Source: a virus (taxonomy: Duplodnaviria > Heunggongvirae > Uroviricota > Caudoviricetes). Taken from it: 47,471 bases of DNA. The stretch's first letter is position 1. The number at the start of each line of letters is the position of its first letter. The stretch is from positions 1 to 47,471 of the IMG/VR virus record IMGVR_UViG_2541047941_000003; one strand, written 5' to 3'. The translations under genes and the position numbers were made by a program. The notes under the pieces were generated by a model. That model was not told where the DNA came from. It made no database searches and saw only the letters and a program-made list of their open reading frames with translations. Shown one piece after another: positions 18,300-28,360 of this stretch.

Positions 18300-18989
18300 A
18301 TGAATACTCAATTTCTCGAATACGTGCGCCAGCAGTTGATGGTGGCCACCGCCGATTTAAGTGGTGCGACGAAAGGGCAGTTGATGGCGTGGCTTGAAAA
18401 CGCGCAGTTCGATACGGGAACGTTTAAACGTAAAAAGCCTCGAGTGCTGGATGAAGTGACCGGGGAAATGATTACGCTGGATAACCCGCCAATACCGGGC
18501 AAGCAGTCGCATACCAAGGGTTCGCATATTCCCCTGGTGCAGCCGGTTGAATACTCCAGCGCATCGTGGCGCCGCGCACTGATGTCACTCGAAGAACACC
18601 AGAAAGCGTGGCTGCTATGGAACTATAGCGAGAACGTGCGCTGGTGCTATCAGGTGGAAATCACTCAATGGGCGTGGGCAGAGTTCCGGGAGCAGCTCGG
18701 CGCGAAGAAGGTGGCCGGCAAAACGATGGAGCGCCTGAAGAAGCTTGTCTGGCTCGCGGCTCAGGACGTGAAAGCAGAGCTGGCAGGGCGTGAGACGTAC
18801 GAATATCAGGCGCTGGCGTCGCTGGTTGGCGTAACGCCAAAAAACTGGTCAGAGACCTTTACTGACCGCTGGGTTGAGATGCGCAGCATCTTCCTGCGAC
18901 TGGATAGCGGGGCTTTATTGCAGGTTACGCGATCACGTTCACAACAAAAGGCGACAAATTTAGACTCAAGTCTTGCAAAACTGGATTGA
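18300..18989 (+). CDS. Late-gene antiterminator Q-like protein
   Basis: 229 aa, position between ninG and lysis cassette, followed by tR'-like terminators. Confidence 0.55.
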   Translation: MNTQFLEYVRQQLMVATADLSGATKGQLMAWLENAQFDTGTFKRKKPRVLDEVTGEMITLDNPPIPGKQSHTKGSHIPLVQPVEYSSASWRRALMSLEEHQKAWLLWNYSENVRWCYQVEITQWAWAEFREQLGAKKVAGKTMERLKKLVWLAAQDVKAELAGRETYEYQALASLVGVTPKNWSETFTDRWVEMRSIFLRLDSGALLQVTRSRSQQKATNLDSSLAKLD

Positions 18990-19054
18990 AACGCATATAT
19001 TTCATGTAAATCTGATATCGTCGCCATAGCTTCGTAGGTCGACAAAGAATTAAG

Positions 19055-19086
19055 AGCCTCGCCATCGTGCGGGGCTTTTTTATTTG
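19055..19086 (+). terminator. tR'-like intrinsic terminator (copy 1)
   Basis: GC-rich imperfect hairpin followed by ttttttatttgcg. Confidence 0.5.
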
Positions 19087-19160
19087 CGGTACGCAGCACA
19101 CAGAACCCACTACCTGGGACCCTTCGGCCAGAGAGCCGACATTGCCTTACCCTCACATTG

Positions 19161-19184
19161 CCAGCCTGTCGCTGGCTTTTTTAT
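19161..19184 (+). terminator. tR'-like intrinsic terminator (copy 2)
   Basis: ccagc-ctgtc-gctgg hairpin followed by the same ttttttatttgcg tail. Confidence 0.55.
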
Positions 19185-19258
19185 TTGCGATGTCCGGTCG
19201 TTGTTTCCTGGCATCCTTCCACTCTACACAAACAGCACCCCGTTCCTTCGGAGGTGAT

Positions 19259-19576
19259 ATGGCAAAGCGTATGAATGACGACCACAAAATTGTAGGCCTG
19301 TCCTGGTTAGTCCTGCTCGGCATTGCATGCTGGGGCGGTTTAGTTCGCTACCTGATCGACGTAAAGCAGAATAAAGCGACATGGAGCTGGATAAACGCGC
19401 TGGCACAGATCGCTGTCTCCGGCTTTACCGGTTTGATTGGCGGGTTGATAAGCGTGGAGAGTGGGTTGAGTTTTCACATGATCCTTGTCACGTCCGGCAT
19501 TAGCGGGGCGATGGGTTCAGTGGCTCTGACCTATTTCTGGGAACGCTTGACGGGGATGAAGAATGCAAACCAGTGA
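19259..19576 (+). CDS. Holin with dual-start motif (MAKRM)
   Basis: GGAGG RBS; two Met codons separated by basic residues; TM segments; immediately upstream of lysozyme. Confidence 0.65.
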   Translation: MAKRMNDDHKIVGLSWLVLLGIACWGGLVRYLIDVKQNKATWSWINALAQIAVSGFTGLIGGLISVESGLSFHMILVTSGISGAMGSVALTYFWERLTGMKNANQ

Positions 19577-20003
19577 TAAAGGCATTGCCCTGATCAAAGA
19601 GTTCGAAGGTTGCAAGCTCACTGCCTATCAGGACAGCGTCGGCGTTTGGACGATCGGTTATGGCTGGACTCAGCCCGTCGACGGGAAACCAATCCGTGCC
19701 GGGATGACAATTAAGCAGGAAACGGCAGAACGCCTGCTGAAGACAGGAATGGTCAGTTACGAAAGTGACGTGTCACGACTGGTTAAAGTTGGCCTGACTC
19801 AGGGGCAATTCGATGCCCTGGTGTCGTTCACGTATAACCTCGGTGCGCGGTCATTGTCGACATCGACTCTCCTGCGAAAACTCAACGCCGGAGATTACGC
19901 TGGTGCAGCCGATGAGTTCCTGCGCTGGAATAAAGCTGGTGGGAAGGTGCTGAATGGGCTGACACGTCGGCGGGAGGCAGAGCGAGCTCTGTTCCTGTCA
20001 TGA
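19563..20003 (+). CDS. Endolysin (phage lysozyme, GH24-like)
   Basis: 146 aa; [22 protein letters not shown] motif typical of T4/P21-type lysozymes. Confidence 0.85.
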   Translation: MQTSDKGIALIKEFEGCKLTAYQDSVGVWTIGYGWTQPVDGKPIRAGMTIKQETAERLLKTGMVSYESDVSRLVKVGLTQGQFDALVSFTYNLGARSLSTSTLLRKLNAGDYAGAADEFLRWNKAGGKVLNGLTRRREAERALFLS

Positions 20004-20470
20004 TTAGCGCACTGGTTAAGCGTTACTGGCTGCAGTTGCTGGTGCTGGCGTTAATCGGCGCACTGGCTTTCTTCGTGAACCACTACCGCGACAACGCCAT
20101 CACTTACAGAGACCAGCGCGATAAGGCCACTGAGAAACTCCTCCTGGCGACCGCCACCATTAAAGACATGCAGACCCGCCAGCGTGATGTCGCTGCACTG
20201 GATGCCAAATACACCGGAGAACTGGCTGATGCGAAAGAAACCATTGAGCGTCTGCATAGCGATGTCATTGCTGGCCGTAAGCGGCTGCAGCTCAACGCAA
20301 ACTGTCCCGCGAACGGAACGACCAGCACCGGCGGCCTGGGCGATGTTACCGGCCCCCGACTTACTGACTCCGCTGAACGGGATTATTTCACCCTCAGAGA
20401 GCGAATCGTCACAGTGACGAAACAGGTTGGATATTTGCAGGAATACATCAAAGAGCAGTGCTTAAATTGA
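20000..20470 (+). CDS. i-spanin (Rz-like)
   Basis: 156 aa, N-terminal TM then coiled-coil region; follows endolysin. Confidence 0.7.
   Translation: MISALVKRYWLQLLVLALIGALAFFVNHYRDNAITYRDQRDKATEKLLLATATIKDMQTRQRDVAALDAKYTGELADAKETIERLHSDVIAGRKRLQLNANCPANGTTSTGGLGDVTGPRLTDSAERDYFTLRERIVTVTKQVGYLQEYIKEQCLN
20229..20417 (+). CDS. o-spanin (Rz1-like lipoprotein) embedded in +1 frame of Rz
   Basis: Lipobox LAVSGC, Pro-rich mature region, fully nested inside Rz gene. Confidence 0.65.
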   Translation: MRKKPLSVCIAMSLLAVSGCSSTQTVPRTERPAPAAWAMLPAPDLLTPLNGIISPSESESSQ

Positions 20471-20502
20471 TGTTAAATTAACCTTTTACATACGGAGGGG
20501 TT

Positions 20503-20907
20503 ATGCAAATAGATCAAGAATACCTTAAAGGTTTGCTCGAGGCTTTCGAGGCATCGGATTCACCTGATACCGATATTATTCGATTAAAGGATTTAGGGTT
20601 CAATTGTGAAACTGACACATTTGTGTTTCATATGCGTTTGCTTGAGGATAGAGGGCTGATTATCAGGAGTGATGGGGAGCCCGGCTTTGGTGCTATTCAG
20701 TCTTTAGACGGAATGACTCACTGGGCTGTAATGCCCTTGCGATTGACCGCGATGGGGCATGACTTCTTGGATGCTCTCCGTAACAAAGAGGTTTGGGCAA
20801 CATTAAAAACCGGATTCAAAGATGCCAGTATGGGCACGCTGATGACAGTTTCGAAGGAGCTGTTTAACCGAGCTCTAGCTAAGCAACTTGATAAAATGTT
20901 CGACTAA
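20503..20907 (+). CDS. Hypothetical moron protein (134 aa)
   Basis: Lower-GC ORF between lysis and packaging modules with own terminator. Confidence 0.45.
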   Translation: MQIDQEYLKGLLEAFEASDSPDTDIIRLKDLGFNCETDTFVFHMRLLEDRGLIIRSDGEPGFGAIQSLDGMTHWAVMPLRLTAMGHDFLDALRNKEVWATLKTGFKDASMGTLMTVSKELFNRALAKQLDKMFD

Positions 20908-20929
20908 CCGCCTACGGGCGGTTTTTTAT
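20908..20929 (+). terminator. Intrinsic terminator (ccgcc-tacg-ggcgg + tttttt)
   Basis: Perfect 5 bp GC stem and T6 run directly after stop codon. Confidence 0.75.
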
Positions 20930-20983
20930 TGTCAACTTTATGAGCAAACTGATCTTAATTACTGTAACTAGGTGGTCAATGAT

Positions 20984-21625
20984 ATGGCAACGCTTAAGGA
21001 CCTTTCCAGTCAGTTAAGACAGCTGCAGAAGCAAATACCGTTTGCGACTGCCCAGGCTATGACTAAAGTGGTTCGCCAGATAGAAGCGGCCCAAAAAACA
21101 GCATTTGAGCGGAATCTGGATAATCCAACACCTTTTACAGTTAAATCGGTTGGGTCAGTTGGTGTCAGGAAAAACAGCCTTCGTGCGAAGGTGTTTGTTC
21201 GTGATACTGCTGCTGGTTACCTTGAACCCTTCGAGTTCGGCGGAGAGCACAAGCTTAATGGTAGTGCTTTGCTTAACCCGAAAGACATAAAGCTTAATAA
21301 ATACGGCAACCTGCCGCGTAATAAGCTCTCTCAGCTCAAAGCAAAGCCAAACGTATTTATTGGTGACGTTGGTGGCGTGAATGCCGTGTGGCAGAGAAAA
21401 AAGCCGAAAACCAAAAAAGGGAAGAAACGGGCAAAACGTTCTCCGAACGGCACGCGCAGAGACAAGATTAAGCAACCTGCACCAAAATTGCTCATTCGGT
21501 TTGGAGACTCGCTTCCAGTCAAACCAACGCTCGGCTATATGGACAGGGCAAACACCATGGCCAACGCATTGTTACCCTCAGCGCTGCACCAGGCGATTGC
21601 TGAGGCGATCAGCTCGGCCAGATAG
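20984..21625 (+). CDS. Hypothetical basic protein (Lys/Arg-rich segment), possibly DNA-binding
   Basis: 213 aa ORF upstream of terminase; KKPKTKKGKKRAKR tract. Confidence 0.4.
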   Translation: MATLKDLSSQLRQLQKQIPFATAQAMTKVVRQIEAAQKTAFERNLDNPTPFTVKSVGSVGVRKNSLRAKVFVRDTAAGYLEPFEFGGEHKLNGSALLNPKDIKLNKYGNLPRNKLSQLKAKPNVFIGDVGGVNAVWQRKKPKTKKGKKRAKRSPNGTRRDKIKQPAPKLLIRFGDSLPVKPTLGYMDRANTMANALLPSALHQAIAEAISSAR

Positions 21626-21714
21626 CCCCCCAGGGGTTTTGGGTCCTTCCTGAGCCTTTTGTAAGGCACGGGCATTGCGCGCCGCAGTGTTTTCCTAGCT
21701 ACAAACTTTTATTT

Positions 21715-21865
21715 TGTGTCCCATGTCCCACCCCAAGGGATCGCCAGCCACGCCAGAGCCAGCACGGATTATTCCATTTATTCCAGTGGGACATTCGTGT
21801 GGGACATTGAAAAAATGTCCCAGGTAAATGTCCCACCCCAAAAATGTCCCAGGTGATGTCCCATG
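21715..21865. repeat. Array of at least 8 copies of (A)TGTCCCA in both orientations; candidate cos/pac terminase-binding sites
   Basis: gtccca at 21718, 21725, 21818, 21831, 21846, 21859; inverted gtgggac at 21786 and 21798; last copy overlaps terminase small subunit start. Confidence 0.6.
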
Positions 21866-22426
21866 ACCACGATGAACCAGAGTCAGTACGCGCAACATTC
21901 AGGCGTCGATCGCAAGACTATTGGCCGATGGATCAAGGCTGGTCGGTTTATCGTCATGGATGGCGACCTGATTGATGTTGAGGCGAGCGATGCCGCGCTG
22001 AAGAAAAACCGTGATGGAAAAGATCCGCGGGCATCAAACGCGAAGAAGAAAAAAGCCCCAGCACCCCGGAATGATGGCGACGATGAAATTGATGAAACCG
22101 TTCGCCAGATAATGTTTACAGAAGGTGCAGTCCTTTCCAGGGAAGAGGCCGCGCGGATCCGTGAAAATTACATGGCCCTGCAGGCAAAGCTCCAGTATGA
22201 AAAAGACAGCGGCCAGACAATTGAATTGGCCATCGCCGAGGAGGTTCTGTTTAACGCCTTTCGCCAGCAGCGTGATGCCTGGCTGAACTGGCCTTCACGC
22301 GTGGCACCGCTGATAGCCGCCGATCTGAATGTGCCGGCGGACAGGATGACAGAGGTGCTGATTGAACATGTCCACAAACATATCTCAGTCCTCGGAGAAC
22401 CAGAGTTTAACCCAGCGGAAGATTGA
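21863..22426 (+). CDS. Terminase small subunit (Nu1-like, N-terminal HTH)
   Basis: 187 aa; HTH QYAQHSGVDRKTIGRWIKAG; precedes and overlaps terminase large subunit. Confidence 0.6.
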   Translation: MTTMNQSQYAQHSGVDRKTIGRWIKAGRFIVMDGDLIDVEASDAALKKNRDGKDPRASNAKKKKAPAPRNDGDDEIDETVRQIMFTEGAVLSREEAARIRENYMALQAKLQYEKDSGQTIELAIAEEVLFNAFRQQRDAWLNWPSRVAPLIAADLNVPADRMTEVLIEHVHKHISVLGEPEFNPAED

Positions 22427-24494
22427 GCGTCTTCAACTGAGTGTCCGGAAAGGGTGGACACCGCCGCCGCGGATCAGCGTCCCGCAATGGGCCGATGACT
22501 ACCGGAAGCTGGCGAAAGAAGCTGGCAGTACCTCCGGGAACTGGGAAACATCAACGGTTGAAATTGCCCGCGGTCCTATGCTGGCCGCGACGGAATCGGG
22601 CGTCCACATTATCACCGTGATGTGCTGTACCCAGTTAATGAAAACCGCGCTGCTGGAAAACCTGTTTGGTTATTTTGCGCACCTCGACCCATGTCCGATT
22701 TTGCTCCTGCAGCCGAAGGAAGAGGCCGCTGAGCAGTTTTCCAAAGAACGCATCAGCCCGCTGGTTAGGGTAACGCCAGTTCTGCGTAACATCATAGGTG
22801 ACTCAAAGCAGAAGAGTTCAAAAGAAACCATTCTGTATAAAGCTTTCACCGGCGGATTTCTGGCGCTGGCCGGCGCCGGTAGTCCAGATAACCTTGCGCG
22901 CCGTCCGATCCGTGTTCTGCTGGCAGATGAGGTGGATAAATATCCGATTACCCGTGAGGGCGATCCCATCGCTCTGGCGGAAGAGCGAACCGCCACATTT
23001 GGCCTTAACTGGCTGTCCGTGCGGGCTTGTTCGCCGACGGTCGAAGATGAAAGCCGGATTGCTGACAGTTACGAAGATTCAGATCAGCGGCGGGCCTCTG
23101 TAGTTTGCCCCCATTGCGGGCACCGACAGTTCCTTGATTTCTTCAAACATGTTCAATGGCCAAAAGAAGGTGATAAGCACCTGACCAAAGCGGCCATGAT
23201 CCATTGTGAATGTTGTGGTGCTGGCTGGTCAGAGGGTGAGCGTCTGCGGGCATTACAGACAATCCGCTGGCATCAGACCAAACCGTTTGAATGTTGTGGT
23301 TCCCGCCATTCACCATTAATGGAATACGACCAGAAATGGCATGAAGGAGACGAGGGCAGTGTTGATGCCGTCTGGCGCTGGTCAGAGTCGGAACGGCATG
23401 CCGTATACCGGGCGATTTGCCCGGACTGCGGGGCCGAGGCGCTGGATAATCACCACGCCGGGTACCAGGCGTCAAAACTCTTCAGTCCCTGGCAAAAAGA
23501 TAAGCCATCGGACATTGCAAAGAAATACCTCGATGCGAAAGGGGATCCGGATAAGGAACAGGCCTGGTGGAACACCCAGATGGGGTTGCCGCACCGGCCT
23601 AACCACGGGAAACAGCTCCCGGTTGATGTCCTGCTGGCGCGCCGTGAAGTCTTCCCGGCCGTCGTTCCTGATGGCGTGGCATTGTTAACTGCGGGCGTCG
23701 ATACCCAGGATGACCGATTCGAAATCACGATCACTGGCTGGGGGCGGGACGAGGAATCGTGGTCAGTTGCGCATGACGTCATTTATGGCGATCTGGAGAC
23801 TGAGGAACCCTGGAAGCGCCTCGATGCGTACCTGAAACAGATATGGCGACGCGGCGACGGGCGAGGGCTGAATATTCTGGCTGCATGTATGGACTCCGGC
23901 GGTCACCACACGCAAAAGGTTTATGAGTTCTGCAAAGATCGCCTTGGGCGCCGCGTCTGGGCTATCAAGGGCGAATCTGCGCAGGGTGGGAAACGCAACC
24001 CCGTCTGGCCAACCAAGCGACCGACATCGAAAAGTAAAGCCAGCTTCAGGCCAATTATACTTGGCGTGAACTCTGCGAAAGATGTTGTCCGTGGTCGTCT
24101 GCATCTTGAACCGCCAGCTTTAGGTACTGCCGGTGCGGGCTATATGCACTTCCCGGATGATCGTGACCTCGGATATTTCAACCAGCTGCTGGCCGAGCGA
24201 CTGGTTTATAAAGTGGTGGCCGGTCAGCGATTCAGTGTCTGGGAGCCTATCCCCGGACGGGCGAACGAAGCACTCGACTGCCTCGTTTACAGCTATGCCG
24301 CGTTGTGTGGGCTGAAACATATGGGATTAAAACTCAATGTTCGGGCCGCTAACCTTCAGGCCGATCCCGATAAGTTCCTGCCGGCGCCAGCCGAGCCAGA
24401 AGAAAAAATCAATTACGAATTACCGGGTGCCATCGTGGATGAGGCTATGGCTCCTGTTAAGCGTAAGAACATTTCTAAACTCCTGCCGCAATAA
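22362..24494 (+). CDS. Terminase large subunit (gpA-like)
   Basis: 710 aa; size, position and Cys-rich central region consistent with lambda A family. Confidence 0.8.
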   Translation: MNMSTNISQSSENQSLTQRKIERLQLSVRKGWTPPPRISVPQWADDYRKLAKEAGSTSGNWETSTVEIARGPMLAATESGVHIITVMCCTQLMKTALLENLFGYFAHLDPCPILLLQPKEEAAEQFSKERISPLVRVTPVLRNIIGDSKQKSSKETILYKAFTGGFLALAGAGSPDNLARRPIRVLLADEVDKYPITREGDPIALAEERTATFGLNWLSVRACSPTVEDESRIADSYEDSDQRRASVVCPHCGHRQFLDFFKHVQWPKEGDKHLTKAAMIHCECCGAGWSEGERLRALQTIRWHQTKPFECCGSRHSPLMEYDQKWHEGDEGSVDAVWRWSESERHAVYRAICPDCGAEALDNHHAGYQASKLFSPWQKDKPSDIAKKYLDAKGDPDKEQAWWNTQMGLPHRPNHGKQLPVDVLLARREVFPAVVPDGVALLTAGVDTQDDRFEITITGWGRDEESWSVAHDVIYGDLETEEPWKRLDAYLKQIWRRGDGRGLNILAACMDSGGHHTQKVYEFCKDRLGRRVWAIKGESAQGGKRNPVWPTKRPTSKSKASFRPIILGVNSAKDVVRGRLHLEPPALGTAGAGYMHFPDDRDLGYFNQLLAERLVYKVVAGQRFSVWEPIPGRANEALDCLVYSYAALCGLKHMGLKLNVRAANLQADPDKFLPAPAEPEEKINYELPGAIVDEAMAPVKRKNISKLLPQ

Positions 24495-24502
24495 GGAAAA
24501 CC

Positions 24503-24766
24503 ATGTTTAACCGAAACACGAGCTTACTTGCTGGTGGGATGACTGATGAGCAGCTCAGAGACGCTCTGCAGAAAGCGCAGCAGGCTTATATCGACCTGAC
24601 TACCGGCAGCCGTGGCGTCTCATTCTCCTATACGCAGGGTGATGGGACGCGCTCTGTCTCCTATCAGCAAAGCTCTCTCGCCGACCTGCTGGCGCTGATT
24701 CAGTTGCTGCAGGCGCAACTGGGAATTGTCGCCCGGCCACGGAAGCCAGTGAGGTTCAGATTCTGA
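24503..24766 (+). CDS. Head-tail joining protein W-like
   Basis: 87 aa between terminase and portal. Confidence 0.55.
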   Translation: MFNRNTSLLAGGMTDEQLRDALQKAQQAYIDLTTGSRGVSFSYTQGDGTRSVSYQQSSLADLLALIQLLQAQLGIVARPRKPVRFRF

Positions 24767-26400
24767 TGAATAAAGTGCAAATCCTTGGTCCTGACGGGAG
24801 ACCTTATCAGGCACCAAAACCCAGCATGTTGACGGGCGGTAGCCGGGTGCCATATGACGCCGCGGATTCCTTCAGCGATCAACTGGCGAACTGGCAGCCC
24901 GCACTATGGTCACCGGATAACGAAATTAATATCTACCGTGACCGTATAGTTTCCCGTGCGCGGGATCTGGTCCGAAATGATGGATGGGCCAATGGTGCCA
25001 TAACTCGCCTGCTTGATAATGCGGTCGGCGCCAATTTCCGTCCGATCATGAAGCCTGACTATCGTGTATTACGGATGATGACAGGTAATAAAAGTTTTGA
25101 CGCAGTATGGGCGGAAGAGTACGGAAAAGCACTCGCTTCCCACTGGAGAACCTGGGCATACGACACAGGCCGTTATTGTGACGTTGAGCGCAAGCTAACC
25201 GTTCCACAAATGTTGCGTCTGGCCTTTCGCCACAAGCTGATTGATGGCGATGCCCTGATGGTGCTTCAGTATCGCACCGATCGCCTTGGACCAGGTAAGG
25301 GGCGTTATGCCACGACGGTGCAGGTTGTTGATCCCGACAGACTCAGTAACCCGCAGCAGAATTTTGATATGCCGAATATCCGCGGCGGCGTTGAAATTGA
25401 TGCTGACGGCGCACCTGTGGCTTATCACATACGTGAAGCACATATCGGTGACTGGTGGAGTGGCGCCAAAACAATGACATGGCGACGAATCCCGCGCGAA
25501 ACCGCATGGGGGCGCCCGCACGTTGTGCACGACTTTGACCATGAGCGTGGAGCTCAGCATCGGGGGAATGGCATTCTGACTCCAGTAGTGCAACGTCTGA
25601 AGATGCTGGTGAAGTACGACCAGAGCGAGCTGGAAGCAGCAATTCTGAATGCTATCTTCGCCGCGTATATTGAGTCTCCATACGATCCCGAAATGATCCA
25701 GTCCGCGCTGGGGGAAAACTTCGAAGAGGGATTGGGAGCATACCAGGATGGTCGTGCAGAGTTTCATAATGATCGCCGTTTGACGCTGCAGAATGGCGCC
25801 CGTATGCCGATCCTTTATCCAGGGGAGAGAATAACAACGGTCAACGCTGCCCGCCCTTACAGCAACTTTGAGGTTTTCGAGTCTGCAGTATTGCGTAATT
25901 TCTCATCCGGTACGGGGTTATCTCCTCAGCAGGTTACACAGGACTGGTCTGATGTGAATTACAGCTCTGCGCGATCTTCCTTGCTGGAGGCATGGAAAAC
26001 GCTCACCCGCCGACGTGATGATTTTTCCATGGGTACCGCTCAGCCGCTTCTGACGGCCTTTGTGGAGGAAGTTCACGATAACGAGGATTTACCTCTACCT
26101 AATGATGCCCCTGATTTTGTTGATGCCCGGGCTGCGTATTCCCGTGCGCGCTGGATGGGGCCGGGGCGAGGATGGGTTGATCCGGTGGCAGAGAAAAAAG
26201 GCGCCATTCTCGGCCTCGATGCCGGCCTTTCCACTCTCGAAATTGAAGTGGGTGAAAACGTGGGTGAGGACTGGGAAGAGATACTTGATCAGCGCCAGCG
26301 GGAAATTGAGTCCTGCCTGAAGCGCGGACTTCCATTACCTAGCTGGGCGCAGGCGGACCAGTTCGCCAGCCAGACAATTACCGATCCGGAGGAAAAGTGA
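24766..26400 (+). CDS. Portal protein (lambda B family)
   Basis: 544 aa following W-like gene. Confidence 0.8.
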   Translation: MNKVQILGPDGRPYQAPKPSMLTGGSRVPYDAADSFSDQLANWQPALWSPDNEINIYRDRIVSRARDLVRNDGWANGAITRLLDNAVGANFRPIMKPDYRVLRMMTGNKSFDAVWAEEYGKALASHWRTWAYDTGRYCDVERKLTVPQMLRLAFRHKLIDGDALMVLQYRTDRLGPGKGRYATTVQVVDPDRLSNPQQNFDMPNIRGGVEIDADGAPVAYHIREAHIGDWWSGAKTMTWRRIPRETAWGRPHVVHDFDHERGAQHRGNGILTPVVQRLKMLVKYDQSELEAAILNAIFAAYIESPYDPEMIQSALGENFEEGLGAYQDGRAEFHNDRRLTLQNGARMPILYPGERITTVNAARPYSNFEVFESAVLRNFSSGTGLSPQQVTQDWSDVNYSSARSSLLEAWKTLTRRRDDFSMGTAQPLLTAFVEEVHDNEDLPLPNDAPDFVDARAAYSRARWMGPGRGWVDPVAEKKGAILGLDAGLSTLEIEVGENVGEDWEEILDQRQREIESCLKRGLPLPSWAQADQFASQTITDPEEK

Positions 26401-27263
26401 ATCTACCTCATCTGGCCCAGCGCCTTTTTAATACACCGCTGGCGCTGCACCCAAGTAAAGCTGAAGTCATCATGGCATCCGTTATGGACCGGTTTGGCAT
26501 CAGTAAAATCGAATCCTCTCTTGCCATGGATGATGACTGGTATGGATACGACGATAACCGGGGGCGGGAATCCCGTAGCGACCCGGGTTATGACAATGTT
26601 TTGGGCGTCGCTGTCATCCCGATATGTGGGACCCTGGTGCAGAAGCTGGGTAGCCTGCGCCCATACAGTGGCATGACAGGCTATGACGGCATTCGTCAGG
26701 CCTTCCTGACTGCGATGGAAGACCCCGATATTACAGGGATCTGCCTGGATATTGATTCGCCAGGAGGCGAGGTCGCCGGATGTTTCGATCTGGTCGATGT
26801 CATTTATGGCGCCCGCGGGAAAAAGCCCATCCATGCCATTCTGACGGAAAGCGCCTATTCCGCCGCCTATGCGATTGCCAGTGCGGCGGACCGGATTTCT
26901 GTTCCCCGAACCGGTGGTGTGGGTTCAGTTGGTGTGATCACTATGCACCTTGACTGGACCCAGCGGATAAAAGATGACGGCCTCAAAGTCACCATCATCA
27001 CCTACGGTTCCCGTAAGGCTGAGGGGTCACCGCTGAGAGAGCTGTCAGATGAAGCGCTGGCGGCTATTCAGCAGGACATCAACACCATGGGCGAATTGTT
27101 TGTGAATACCGTCGCCAGAAATCGGGGGATTAGCGCAAAGGTTATCAAAAGTACTCAGGCTGCCTGTTTTATGGCTGCTGATGGTGTGGAACTTGGACTG
27201 GCTGATGAGGTGTGTCCTCCTGATGCTGCGTTCAGAAACTTACTTGAAAAAACAGGAGCCTGA
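26397..27263 (+). CDS. Head maturation protease (S49/ClpP-like, lambda C family)
   Basis: 288 aa; SppA-like DSPGGEV and GxSAAY motifs. Confidence 0.8.
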   Translation: MNLPHLAQRLFNTPLALHPSKAEVIMASVMDRFGISKIESSLAMDDDWYGYDDNRGRESRSDPGYDNVLGVAVIPICGTLVQKLGSLRPYSGMTGYDGIRQAFLTAMEDPDITGICLDIDSPGGEVAGCFDLVDVIYGARGKKPIHAILTESAYSAAYAIASAADRISVPRTGGVGSVGVITMHLDWTQRIKDDGLKVTIITYGSRKAEGSPLRELSDEALAAIQQDINTMGELFVNTVARNRGISAKVIKSTQAACFMAADGVELGLADEVCPPDAAFRNLLEKTGA

Positions 27264-27264
27264 A

Positions 27265-27855
27265 ATGGCGAAGAAAAAGACTTTTAGTTTTGCTCATCTT
27301 ATTGGCCGTGGCGCGACTGCTTCCGAAGAGGAAGAGGACAAAAAGGCCAAAAAAGCGAAAGGCCGTCGCGCGGAAGAGGATGAGCGCGAAGATGATGCCG
27401 GGGACGATGAACGCGAAGATGACGCGGAAAACGACGATCGTGATGATGACGCTGAAGATGACGGTGACGACCCGGATGCGGCTGAAGACGATGACGATTC
27501 CGAAGATGACGGCGACGATGACCGCAAAGAAAGCAAAGCGGTGAAAAATGCCCGCGCCGCCGAGCGTAAACGTTGCGCCCGTATCTTCGGCAGTAAGCAC
27601 GCTGCGGCGAATCCGTCACTGGCCGCTTCACTCGCATTCAATACCGGGATGAGCTCTGCCGCCGCTATCGATGTTCTGGCATCCACGGCGCCAGCCTTGC
27701 AACCAAAGGCAACGCGCGGGCGCTCTCTCGATCAGCGCATGCAGGAAAGCCATGATGTCCGTCTGAATCCGGATGGCGGCAAGAAAGAGAACGGTAAATC
27801 GGCACTGGTAAACCAGATGACCGGCCTCTACAACTCCATTAAAGGAGAGAAATAA
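27265..27855 (+). CDS. Putative capsid scaffolding protein with highly acidic D/E-rich low-complexity region
   Basis: 196 aa between protease and decoration protein; long Asp/Glu tract. Confidence 0.45.
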   Translation: MAKKKTFSFAHLIGRGATASEEEEDKKAKKAKGRRAEEDEREDDAGDDEREDDAENDDRDDDAEDDGDDPDAAEDDDDSEDDGDDDRKESKAVKNARAAERKRCARIFGSKHAAANPSLAASLAFNTGMSSAAAIDVLASTAPALQPKATRGRSLDQRMQESHDVRLNPDGGKKENGKSALVNQMTGLYNSIKGEK

Positions 27856-28262
27856 TGGATCAATTTGGTCAGAATGCCTTTGCACCTGGCATGAAGAGTT
27901 CAGTGTTTGTGCCGGATCAGTTAATTGCCGGTACGCTGCAACTGGTCACTGACACCGGCACGATCACCGGCGGTGTGTATAAGCGTGGCACTGTGCTTGG
28001 CATGATCACCGCCAGTGGCAAATATACAGCCAGTGTGAAAACCGCAACGGATGGTAGCGAGACGCCAGCGGCCATTCTGGTTGATGATGTTGACGCTTCC
28101 ACCCATGGCGATCAGTCCGGCGGCCTGTACCTGATGGGCGAGTTCAACCAGAATCATATTATTTTTGACGATTCCTGGACTGCGCCGGAACTGAAAACAG
28201 CACTACGTCCGCTGGCCATCTTCCTGAAAGACAGCGCCCAGGCACCTTTAACCACCTCCTGA
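27855..28262 (+). CDS. Head decoration protein (lambda D-like)
   Basis: 135 aa immediately upstream of major capsid gene. Confidence 0.6.
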   Translation: MDQFGQNAFAPGMKSSVFVPDQLIAGTLQLVTDTGTITGGVYKRGTVLGMITASGKYTASVKTATDGSETPAAILVDDVDASTHGDQSGGLYLMGEFNQNHIIFDDSWTAPELKTALRPLAIFLKDSAQAPLTTS

Positions 28263-28360
28263 TTTATCCCTCATTTATCCTGGCGAATGCTTTAACCGGC
28301 AGGCGCTGACCTATTTAAAATTTATGCCAGCGTCTAGCTGGCATTATCAAGAGACTGAAT

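Noticed and set aside
18990-19258. Toxin cargo (e.g. stx-like genes) between Q and the lysis cassette
   Set aside because: This interval holds only terminator-like hairpins and the holin leader; no ORF of suitable size or signal peptide is present.
21715-21865. Possible CRISPR array suggested by short repeated motif
   Set aside because: Repeat unit is only 7-8 nt, occurs in both orientations with irregular spacing and has no cas genes; better explained as protein-binding sites near the terminase gene.
27232-27686. Antisense and alternate-frame ORFs (27232..27600, 27290..27544, 27294..27686, 27299..27637) across the acidic scaffold-like gene
   Set aside because: Artefacts of the GA/GAT-rich low-complexity repeat encoding the Asp/Glu tract; the sense ORF fits the head-gene operon.
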